DNA of 63,816 bases, the filler included, from Bigelowiella natans CCMP2755 (taxonomy: Eukaryota; Protista; Cercozoa), in the NCBI GenBank assembly GCA_000320545.1. It is 9 parts of 9 records of this genome, joined end to end, with 100 filler letters (N's around TTAATTAATTAA, not from the genome) between each part and the next. Parts side by side here need not be neighbours in the genome. Positions count along the whole stretch, not along the records: positions 1 to 25,007 come from ADNK01000964.1; 8 more parts are not named here. One strand, written 5' to 3'. Of this stretch, positions 1-12,494 are shown piece by piece (positions within the stretch are counted from its first letter, which is position 1; every line of letters begins with the position of its first letter). A program made the position numbers and the translations under genes. The notes beneath the pieces were generated by a model. That model was not told the DNA's origin and did no database searches. It worked only from the letters and a program-made list of their open reading frames with translations.

Positions 1-68
<68 letters not shown>

Positions 69-111
69 ATTCAGCATCACCATTCCCCTCCTAATCATCA
101 TCACCATTTAG

Positions 112-3463
<3,352 letters not shown>

Positions 3464-4441
3464 GCTGCGGCGTGCACTCTGTTTCGGTGCAAAGCGTGGT
3501 AGATAAGATGGTTCAGCAGTTGGTTCTTGTGATTTTGGCACTGAAAGTTGTGGGTACATATAGACTGCAGGCCACGTTGCTTGTTTTGCCCAGATATAGC
3601 GTATGGTACCGGTAGGCATGTTGCTGTAGCATGATCGGCCTTTTGAGTCACTTTGCTGGCTAGCTGGTACAGTGAAATAAGCCCCATGCTATGCGAGCAT
3701 GAAAGCAAGCAGCCGCAATCATCGCATTGCTCTAGTTGCTTCATTCATGTGGCTACGCCAAAAAAGGACTAGAAGGAATCTGACGCACATGCTAGCATGG
3801 ATGATTTCATCCTACCTCGGCTGCTACTACTGCGGGCTCAGCGTAGTGTACGCGTTGGCGCGCGTCGCCATCCCAGCTTATCTGCATGCGATGCATGTGC
3901 AGGCAGCATGCAATTTCTGATGCGACCTAGTGAGCTATAGCGACTTCATTTGTGATCCAAGCTAGCAAGCTAGCTACATCTACGATGTGAATTAGATAGA
4001 GCACCAAAAACTACAACTACAAAAAGCGTACTAGCATGGACAACTAGATAAAGCTAGAATGGCAGACGCACTGACTGTGATCTAGACACGTGTGCTGCTC
4101 TGTGCAGTGCTGAACTGAATTTGCTAGAATGACATGGCTAGATGGCGGCAAAAATCCTAGGCACTTCAGACTTGGGCATGCTAGCATGTCTGCATGCGCG
4201 GATGTGCCATGCTAGCATGTCTTTTGTCAAAATGATCTTTGTTGAAATAACATCGCACTAGCTAGCTAGCTAGCTAGCTAGGACGTTTGCTCTCCGCTTG
4301 CCCTACTAGTCTAGCTAGTACCCGCAATCCTCTCGTTTGCATGTGTCATCTAGTACGTCATGCTAGCATGCCAGAATGCGTTTCTCTTTTGCCTCTCTAG
4401 CTAGCTCTCTGCTTTGATTCGGGATGTGCACATCATGATCA

Positions 4442-4767
4442 TGTAGCGCGTACCACTACGCGGGCACAAGTCACGTGCGACAACAAAGGGGTTGTCGCGG
4501 ATATAGAATATAGATAACGTAGATATTAATACAGCATAGGCACGTGGGTTCCGGCGGGACTCATGGCAGCACACCGGAAGTGTGCTGCCCCACGTGCGGC
4601 GGCATTCGCGAAAGCTTCGCGAATGATTACGCAGTGCACGATTTAATAAAAATATAATCTTTAATAAAAATAAACACAACTCTTCAAAAGGAAGCAAACG
4701 TGCCTTTCCCCCCCCCTGCCTACTTGTGCACGTAGCGCCTCGGCCTGTGAACACCTTACGCGCAACA
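4442..4767 (+). repeat. 5' LTR
   Basis: Starts TGTAGCGCGTA, ends TACGCGCAACA (11-bp terminal inverted repeat, 1 mismatch); contains AATAAA signals; no differences seen versus 9832-10157. Confidence 0.97.
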
Positions 4768-4772
4768 ACCTT

Positions 4773-4790
4773 TGGCTTCCACACACGGGA
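4773..4790 (+). promoter_or_regulatory. tRNA primer-binding site (possibly tRNA-Glu or -Asp)
   Basis: TGGCTTCCACACACGGGA: 18 nt beginning TGG (complement of CCA), 5 nt after the LTR; reverse complement UCCCGUGUGUGGAAGCCA resembles a tRNA 3' end. Confidence 0.75.
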
Positions 4791-4806
4791 AACGATTTGA
4801 CTAACA

Positions 4807-7800
4807 ATGTCACAGCAGCTAGAAGAACAGCAGGACTTTGGCTCGCAGGCCGTGCAAGGGCACGAGCAGAAACAGGAAAGGAAGGGCGATACGGACGCTA
4901 AGGAAGGAGGAGGAACACCTCCACAGGCACCGCCGGGACCAGCACCCGGGATTAAGAAAGCAGATGCAGCAGCAGAGGCACTGGAGAACTTCTACGAGGC
5001 GGACGACGAGGACGTGGCCGCCGAAAGCAAGAAGGTCGTAATGGCATTACGAGCCTTGCGACCCAGGGCGAGCAACTACGCCAAACTGAAAGTATCGATA
5101 GAATACAAGTATCAGACACATGATGTTTGGGCAGCTATCATGCAGGACATCATGGATTACGAAGCAGACTTACCTCCAGAGTGGGCAGCTTTGTTTAGGA
5201 ACGACGGGGGTCTGGGCGCCTCGCGGGGGACGACCCAGAGCACCGTCAAGCAGCAGCAGCCGGTACAGCGGAACACCCAGTTCATGTCTGTTAAAACAGC
5301 ACCGGTTATGATAACGAAATACAACGGGAAAAGAGGTGAGGCAAGGAGGTGGTGGAAGAACGCTAGGAGTATACTCTGCGACTTTACCCCTAACCCCACC
5401 GAAAACGACAAGCTCAAATGGCTAGCTATAATAAAGCAAGCCATGGACCTTTACGAGACAGGCAGGACCCGGATCAGGCAGCTAGAGAAAATACACACTA
5501 CAGTTAGTGGGCTACGAGACGTTGAGGCGATAATGAAGGCTTTTGTAAATGAACAGGATGCTAACTCCCTACCCCAGGCTATTAGAAAATACAGAGCAAT
5601 GATGCAGCATGAGAGAGAACCTGTTAGAGACTTTGCCACGCGCTTCCAGGATATGATCGACGAACTACATGATTTTAATTACAACACAGGTGATGATCAG
5701 GCAAGGTTTGAAGAGTTCAAGTTAAAGATAAAGGAATCCACTTACGTTACGGAGAAAGGCTACACCACGATGGAGGCAGCAGTGCAGGCTATATCCCTAC
5801 GCGAGCAGGAGCAGGACCGCAAGTTTACCAGCCCTAAGGTACCTGGCATAGGAAACATTAACGCTATTAAGCCGCAGCGAGACTGGTACAAGGACAGGGA
5901 AGGTAACCGACGTTGCGGATACTGCTCACGTAAAGGGAAACACACCGCTAAAGACTGCAGAGACAGGAAAGAAGGACGACCCAGGATGACGATCAGGCAG
6001 CTCAACGAACACTACGAGAAGTTAAAGAGAAAGAAAGGCAGAGGACAAGGATATAACAACAGCAAATGGCAAGGCAGCAACAACGGGAAGAACAATAAAT
6101 ATAAGAACAAAAAGCAGAACAGTATCAATGCTATACAGCAGCAGATAAACGGAATATTAGATCACCTTAAGCAGGCGCCGACGAAGACAGCAGTACCAGC
6201 AACGCAGGACCAAGACAAGCCCATGACCCTAGACGACATAAAGAACTTAGGAGTATGCAACATTAATGACGAAGACGCTAACAGGACTATCAAAGTTGCT
6301 ATGACCAAGGTTAAAGTTAAAGACAGCTACGGAGACTACAAGAAACTACCTGCCCTTTGGGATAGTGGCAGCATGCCGAAGTCCTTCATAAGCCTAAGCA
6401 CAGTAAGAAGGTTAGGACTATTGGATCAAGTGACTAAGAAAGAACGTAAATATGCTCAAGCAGACGGAAGCTCTTCCATGAAGACCGTCGGTGAGCTAAT
6501 GCTAAAGCTACAGATACCTGGCAGCGACGCGGAGACCCAAATCAAGACCCGAGTAGCCATGACTTTATCCATGGAACTACTCCTCGGACAGGATGCCCTA
6601 GAAAAATTAGGGGGGATCATATCATTCTACAATCACAAGATATACTTTGCTAAGTTGCCAAAGAAGTCAGGCAGGACCATCAGCCAGAACATGATACGGC
6701 TTGACGAGTGGACCTCTGAGTCAAGCGTTAATGCGTTAGAGTTTATGGACCTAGCGGACAACAAGCTACCTACACCTACCGAGCTACGGAAGAAGAACCC
6801 CGGCAAGACCATCCGACAGATAACGGAGCTACTGGACAAGACCCCCCCAGCTGATGATTGGGATATCGACAAAGGCAAAAAGTACATTAATAAAATATTA
6901 AACGAGAAGTACTCTGACATCACCAAGCCGACGACGAAGCCCTCCAGCAAGCTTACCCCAGTAAAGATCGAGCTAAAGAAGGGATACGAAGAGTGCATCA
7001 TCAATGACCCAGAACATAGGCGACCGGAAGCGGACTGGGAAAAGATAGAGTGGCAGATCAATGAATGGGCAAAGGAAGGGAAGATAGAGCCAAGCAACTC
7101 ACCATGGAACGTGAGACATGTGCTAGCTAAGAAACCTACTTACCCTTTCTTCCGCCTGGCGCACAACTTCATCCGCCACAACCGAGTAATAAAGAGGATC
7201 CAGACACCTACACCAAGGATAGATGACGTTATTGAACACGTCATAGGATACAAATACTACTCTTCCCTAGATAAAAATGAATCATACATGCAGACACCCA
7301 TCCACAAAACCTCCCGCCCCATTACCGCGTTCTCCAGCAGGCACAGGAAGTGGCACTTCGTCGTATTCCCTTACGGCCTAAGCATATCAGGGGATGCGTT
7401 CAGTAGTCAGAACTACAGGGCATACACACATGATGGGATGGCGTCTGTGTTGTGGGTGTTTGTGTTTGTGTATGTGGATGATGACATAATATGTACCAAC
7501 ACAGTCGTCGCTCAGATCTTCCTCCTGGAAAATATATTTATTAGGTTTGCACACTTCGGTTTTACTATTAGACTGCAGAAGTGTACATTCCTAGCTACAA
7601 GAATCAAGTGGTGTGGATATTACCTGGAGCAAGGCCGCATCACCCCAAACCCCGAGAAAGTAGCAGCACTACAGCAAGCCCCTAAACCTAAGAATGCAAA
7701 GGAGTTAAAGTCATTCTTGCAGACTGCAGCTTGGATACTACGTAGGTTCTCCCCTACCTACGCTAGGACTGCAGCTGCTTTTACTACTGCTTACCGGAAG

Positions 7801-9780
7801 GAGAACTCTGTAGGCCTCAGCTTCGCTAAGGTGTGGGCCAAGGCTGGCCTTGATGCCCACTTCGATAACCTAATAAAGTTATGCAGCAACACCCTATTGA
7901 ATGCTAAGCTAGACACTACTAGACCAGCTACCCTATGGACAGACTGGTCTAAGCTAGGTATGGCTGCTGTACTTACCCAAGACCAGCAGATCATACGGGT
8001 GTGGGGCAGGGCCTGCACAGCAGCTGAGGCCAAGTACAGCCCTACAAAAGGAGAGTATAAAGCCATGACTGAGGCGCAGAGGAAACTAAGATACTACCTG
8101 CTGTCGGTGCCCAGCTTCACCTTAATGACTGACCACAAGCCCCTCCTAGGCATCGACCGCAAGCTCGAAGCGCCTAACGATGAGTATGCAGCTATGAGGG
8201 CGGACACGGAAGAGTTTAGGGACAAGAGGACAGTGGTCTACGCACCAGGAGACAAGCAGCTTGCTGACTATTTCAGCAGGCTGTTCGAAAAGAAAGTCCC
8301 TACCCAGGTCACCCCTATGGTTAACGCGATTACCTTCGAGGACGGCGACTTCCTGCCTGAGCCAGAGGAGCTCCAGCACCTTCAAGAACACCTGGATAAA
8401 TACAAACACAAGCATGAGGTACTTAGTGATAGGATATATGTATACACTAATAATGTTAGGCGTACCTACGTGCCACGGCGGACCAGGGGAGCCCTTCTCT
8501 TTACCGCCCATGGACCTGCACACGTAGGAGAAAACCATATCACTGCTCTACTCTACCATTACTACTGGCCCTACAAGCTAAAAGAGATAAGGACATACCT
8601 GCGTGGCTGCAGGTGCTCCAGCTTGAAGGCGGCAGGCGTCGCCACCAAGGAGTCCAGCAAGAGCCGTGCATCTAAGAAAATCAAAGCAAGGAACTTCTTA
8701 GATATCGTGCAAATTGATGTTTATAAGTACGATGGCTATCACTACCTTACCTTCGTTGATGTGGCCACTGGAAAGTGCTGGGTTAAAAAGATTATCAAGG
8801 TCAACGTTGCTAAGAAGAACAAAGGCTTATATAAGCAGAGGCTTACTAACTGCTACCGTACCTGGGAGTCTGAGCTCCAGGCTATCCCTGATGAAGTTAG
8901 CATAAACAAGATACCAAAGAAGTTACATGTGGATAATGAGACCTCTCTTCTACAGCTACCACACCCTAATATTGATGCCTCACCTGTATACTATGCCCAG
9001 TCCAACTCCAAGGTAGAGCGACTCCACCGCACCTTGGCCAACCTAAGCAGGATAAATAGCACCACACCAGACAAGATACAAGGGTTAGTAAACGACACCT
9101 TCACGTCTGGGGGAGGTATCAAGGATAAGGAGAGGGAAGAAGGCGACGACAACGACGACGATACCGAGAGCGAAGACGAGAAGGTCCCGTACGATGGCCG
9201 AGTTCTAAAGGAAGGACAGTATGTTAGGGCCAAGGTAAATCTGAGATCGAGAAATAAACAAGACCCCTTCTGGGGTGGCGTTGCAAAGGTTACCGAGAGG
9301 AAGGGGAGGAAGCAGTACTACATCTATGATGGGAACAGGGTCACCTTGCGCCACATCAGTCACCTAAAGAATTATGATATCGGTGAGAAGCTCCTAGAGG
9401 ATGTTAAAGTAAACCCTACTGTGTGGGAGCGAGCAATGCCTTGTTTAGGACCCCGACCTAAGTTCGATGTGGAATATGGAAACAATAAGGTCAGGGTGAA
9501 CGACGATTGGCGCATGAAGATTGTCTATCTAGGCTACCCTGGATTACGAAATATGGAGAGGGTAGCTATGAAAATAAAGGACGGAAAATATCAGCTACTC
9601 TACCTAGCTGTTCCCGACTTACCCTTTGAGCACTGGTATAAGGTCCTGGGGGACCTTGATGCAGAGGGCTGGTATGGACACGAACCTAAGGACGAAGGTG
9701 AGTTCTGGGTAAGCGACAAAGGAGATAAGGTTAGAGAGGAATCTATTACCTGGTGGTTGGTGAAGTTCCGAAAGCGATGA
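4807..9780 (+). CDS. Gag-Pol polyprotein (1657 aa): Gag, zinc knuckle, aspartic protease, RT, RNase H, integrase, GPY/F-SH3-like module, C-terminal adenine-methyltransferase-like domain
   Basis: CGYCSRKGKHTAKDC knuckle; LWDSGS protease; LDKNESYMQ, FPYGL, YVDD (RT); WTDWS, EYKA, TDHKPL (RNase H); HGPAH...CRC, QIDV, VDNE, SKVERLHRTL (integrase). Confidence 0.95.
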   Translation: MSQQLEEQQDFGSQAVQGHEQKQERKGDTDAKEGGGTPPQAPPGPAPGIKKADAAAEALENFYEADDEDVAAESKKVVMALRALRPRASNYAKLKVSIEYKYQTHDVWAAIMQDIMDYEADLPPEWAALFRNDGGLGASRGTTQSTVKQQQPVQRNTQFMSVKTAPVMITKYNGKRGEARRWWKNARSILCDFTPNPTENDKLKWLAIIKQAMDLYETGRTRIRQLEKIHTTVSGLRDVEAIMKAFVNEQDANSLPQAIRKYRAMMQHEREPVRDFATRFQDMIDELHDFNYNTGDDQARFEEFKLKIKESTYVTEKGYTTMEAAVQAISLREQEQDRKFTSPKVPGIGNINAIKPQRDWYKDREGNRRCGYCSRKGKHTAKDCRDRKEGRPRMTIRQLNEHYEKLKRKKGRGQGYNNSKWQGSNNGKNNKYKNKKQNSINAIQQQINGILDHLKQAPTKTAVPATQDQDKPMTLDDIKNLGVCNINDEDANRTIKVAMTKVKVKDSYGDYKKLPALWDSGSMPKSFISLSTVRRLGLLDQVTKKERKYAQADGSSSMKTVGELMLKLQIPGSDAETQIKTRVAMTLSMELLLGQDALEKLGGIISFYNHKIYFAKLPKKSGRTISQNMIRLDEWTSESSVNALEFMDLADNKLPTPTELRKKNPGKTIRQITELLDKTPPADDWDIDKGKKYINKILNEKYSDITKPTTKPSSKLTPVKIELKKGYEECIINDPEHRRPEADWEKIEWQINEWAKEGKIEPSNSPWNVRHVLAKKPTYPFFRLAHNFIRHNRVIKRIQTPTPRIDDVIEHVIGYKYYSSLDKNESYMQTPIHKTSRPITAFSSRHRKWHFVVFPYGLSISGDAFSSQNYRAYTHDGMASVLWVFVFVYVDDDIICTNTVVAQIFLLENIFIRFAHFGFTIRLQKCTFLATRIKWCGYYLEQGRITPNPEKVAALQQAPKPKNAKELKSFLQTAAWILRRFSPTYARTAAAFTTAYRKENSVGLSFAKVWAKAGLDAHFDNLIKLCSNTLLNAKLDTTRPATLWTDWSKLGMAAVLTQDQQIIRVWGRACTAAEAKYSPTKGEYKAMTEAQRKLRYYLLSVPSFTLMTDHKPLLGIDRKLEAPNDEYAAMRADTEEFRDKRTVVYAPGDKQLADYFSRLFEKKVPTQVTPMVNAITFEDGDFLPEPEELQHLQEHLDKYKHKHEVLSDRIYVYTNNVRRTYVPRRTRGALLFTAHGPAHVGENHITALLYHYYWPYKLKEIRTYLRGCRCSSLKAAGVATKESSKSRASKKIKARNFLDIVQIDVYKYDGYHYLTFVDVATGKCWVKKIIKVNVAKKNKGLYKQRLTNCYRTWESELQAIPDEVSINKIPKKLHVDNETSLLQLPHPNIDASPVYYAQSNSKVERLHRTLANLSRINSTTPDKIQGLVNDTFTSGGGIKDKEREEGDDNDDDTESEDEKVPYDGRVLKEGQYVRAKVNLRSRNKQDPFWGGVAKVTERKGRKQYYIYDGNRVTLRHISHLKNYDIGEKLLEDVKVNPTVWERAMPCLGPRPKFDVEYGNNKVRVNDDWRMKIVYLGYPGLRNMERVAMKIKDGKYQLLYLAVPDLPFEHWYKVLGDLDAEGWYGHEPKDEGEFWVSDKGDKVREESITWWLVKFRKR

Positions 9781-9787
9781 AGGTCTA

Positions 9788-9831
9788 AGGGAATAAGGAA
9801 GGAAGGAAGGAGCAACGTGACTTGGGGGAGG
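9788..9831 (+). promoter_or_regulatory. Polypurine tract region
   Basis: AGGGAATAAGGAAGGAAGGAAGGAG followed by GGGGGAGG abutting the 3' LTR. Confidence 0.8.
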
Positions 9832-10157
9832 TGTAGCGCGTACCACTACGCGGGCACAAGTCACGTGCGACAACAAAGGGGTTGTCGCGGATATAGAATA
9901 TAGATAACGTAGATATTAATACAGCATAGGCACGTGGGTTCCGGCGGGACTCATGGCAGCACACCGGAAGTGTGCTGCCCCACGTGCGGCGGCATTCGCG
10001 AAAGCTTCGCGAATGATTACGCAGTGCACGATTTAATAAAAATATAATCTTTAATAAAAATAAACACAACTCTTCAAAAGGAAGCAAACGTGCCTTTCCC
10101 CCCCCCTGCCTACTTGTGCACGTAGCGCCTCGGCCTGTGAACACCTTACGCGCAACA
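9832..10157 (+). repeat. 3' LTR
   Basis: Direct copy of 4442-4767. Confidence 0.97.
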
Positions 10158-11193
10158 ATCATCTAGGTACGTGCTGTGCAGAGACTACTATTTAGACTAG
10201 TTTTTGACTTTTTCAGAGAACTAGAGAAGAAGAAAAAGAACATGTCCTCAATGACATGCTAGCTAGCATGCTCTAGTGCTGAAAACTTCTCACCCAACAT
10301 GCATGAGAACTTGTTCACACTAGCTAAGACTAGAAGACATAAGCGCTGTGGCCGCTGCACGTTGCACAGCTACATGATTGCGCAAACATGTCTAGATGTG
10401 TCCCATGGCAACTATAACCATGAATAGCTAAATAGCAGCACGTACAAGTACGTTGGCCAATCTTAATTATCGTCTGTCAGTGATAGACGTAATAACTTTT
10501 GATTTACATTAAAAGCATGAAACTACGGTTCGTCATAATTCAGTATGGCTTTTGCCAAGCTAGAACGGTATAAAAAAACACAACCCGTACTCAACAGTGT
10601 TGCGGGATGGCGTGGCCTCAGTTGTTAGTTTCTATAATCAAATCACCGGCCGTAAAAAATCAAATCGCAGCAAAGAACCCTGAATGGATTCATGGTGGCT
10701 ACACACCTTTATTATATTACATCTCTTCTCATATGATAGAAACTTCAACGCACATGAAAAACACGGGTACCCACTAAGAACGTTCTCTTACTAATTTCCG
10801 TCGACCCATTCTACTCATGATGAAGTGCTGAAACCATTTAACACCCGGTTTCTTACAAACGATCGCAAATCATTCATGTAGAGATGGCAATTTTCGTATT
10901 AATTTCAGATCCTGTTTATGGCATCTTCTGCTCAGAAAGGGGGTATAAGCCATTTCGCATTGCGGGAGGAACCGAATTTTAACTTCTGATTCTATCCTCA
11001 TGAAGTACCATGGACGAAATTATTAAAATAAAAATTACTGAATAAATCTATACGACAAGGGCTAGTGCCTTATCAGTAAAATACAAGCAGATTTAAGGGA
11101 TGATTTGTACAAGGTTAAAAGCGTCCATTAAAGCCAGGACAATTTTACACAAAGCCAGGACAATTTTACACTAATCGACTAGGGATGGGCGTT

Positions 11194-12494
11194 TTACCAC
11201 ACTGGATGGCGGGCAATTTTGTTGTCAAAAGGGTATAGACTCGAAGGTCGTTTGGTCAGGCTGCTTCCAAGCGTGATCGTCGGCTTATTATCAACCATGA
11301 ACAAGGGCTCCCTTAGGCCTTTCATGGAATTGAGAGGCATCGCAGGACGACGGGTAGCCGTTCCAACTGCACCGTGATGTGACACGCCACTTCCGGGTAA
11401 GCAAGGTAGTGATGACATGAGTCGTTGACGCATGCTCTCTGCTTTGCGAACCCCCTCTGTAGCAAGGCGGTCGGCTTCCTCGTTCCTGTGATCGCCTGCA
11501 TGCGCTTTCACCCAAACAAGATGCACCTTGCGCAGAGAGCCGAGATGTGCAATCTCTGCATCTAAAGTCCGCCATAGATCTTGATTTTTTACTTCGGTCC
11601 CCCTAGCAGTGGTCCACCCATTCCTTTTCCATTTGGGAACCCATTCGGTCAACCCACTGACTGCGTAGCGACTGTCGCTTCGAAGAACTACAGGCGTTAC
11701 CCGCTTACCCTCGCCACGGAGTATCTCAACTGCACGGATTAAGGACATCAATTCTGCACGTTGATTTGTCTGCGGATGGCCAGGAAGTGGCTCGGAAACA
11801 TTTCTTTTGTCGTTTGGTCCAAAATATACGCCAATACCACCAAGGGCACCGCGCCTGAGGAGCAATTAGAGGTTGTTCAATCTACAAGTCGACATTCGGC
11901 GCAATTATTTACATCAACAAATATCACTAAAAAATATTATGGTATAATTTACCTTCCATTCTTTGGACAAGCGCCGTCAGCATCAACAAACAGAGTCTTC
12001 GCTGAGCCCCAATTCGGCTCTCCATTTGTTAAATTTGACCATTTTTCGTCGTTGGCATAGAGGGTAGCATAGCCAAATGGTCCGCTGCCTGAGGATGTTT
12101 CGCTTAGAGTTTTTGCTTTTCTTTCGAAGCTTAATGCCTGTTCAGATGCAATTGAGTGTGCCGGGCTCGCTTCCTTGCCAAAAGCCCAATTGGTTGCTTC
12201 CTCTCGGCTGTTGAAGCTTTTCCATTCCCCCTGGGATGACCCGCAAAATTGTGCGCTTTCGAATCTCTCGAAGAGATCTTTCAGAGAGCTTGCTATTCCG
12301 CGATCCGAATCGGTGCGGTATCCGAAGTAAGTTTTATTGACAGGGCTAGTTTCAAATACATGCTTCGCCGGATTCTCGCGAATCGAAGACGAAGGGTATG
12401 TAAGATTTGATGAAACAGTGTCTTCAGACTGGGAAATCTGAGACGTATCACTTAAGCTCCGTCCAAAATGGGACAGAAGATTTGGTTCAGACAT
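11194..12494 (-). CDS. RNASEH1: Ribonuclease H1 with divergent N-terminal hybrid-binding domain; one intron 11855-11952; start could be 12623
   Basis: Spliced DADGACPKNGR|RGALGGIGVYFG, TNQRAEL, SDSRY, WKRNGW, VKNQDLW, WVKAHAG..NEEADRLA; upstream WKSFNSREEA resembles the hybrid-binding domain. Confidence 0.92.

Larger units (their letters stand above)
4442..10157 (+). mobile_element. Full-length Ty3/gypsy-type LTR retrotransposon
   Basis: Two 326-bp direct repeats with TG...CA ends, flanked by a 4-bp target duplication ATCA (4438-4441, 10158-10161); PBS, PPT and a single ORF in gag-PR-RT-RH-IN order. Confidence 0.97.

Noticed and set aside
4401-4784. Antisense ORFs across the LTRs (also 9785-10162)
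   Set aside because: Non-ATG starts, extend beyond LTR boundaries, no recognisable motifs.
11130-11171. 21-bp perfect tandem duplication AAAGCCAGGACAATTTTACAC
   Set aside because: Two adjacent copies with no spacer in a 3' UTR; simple slippage, not CRISPR.
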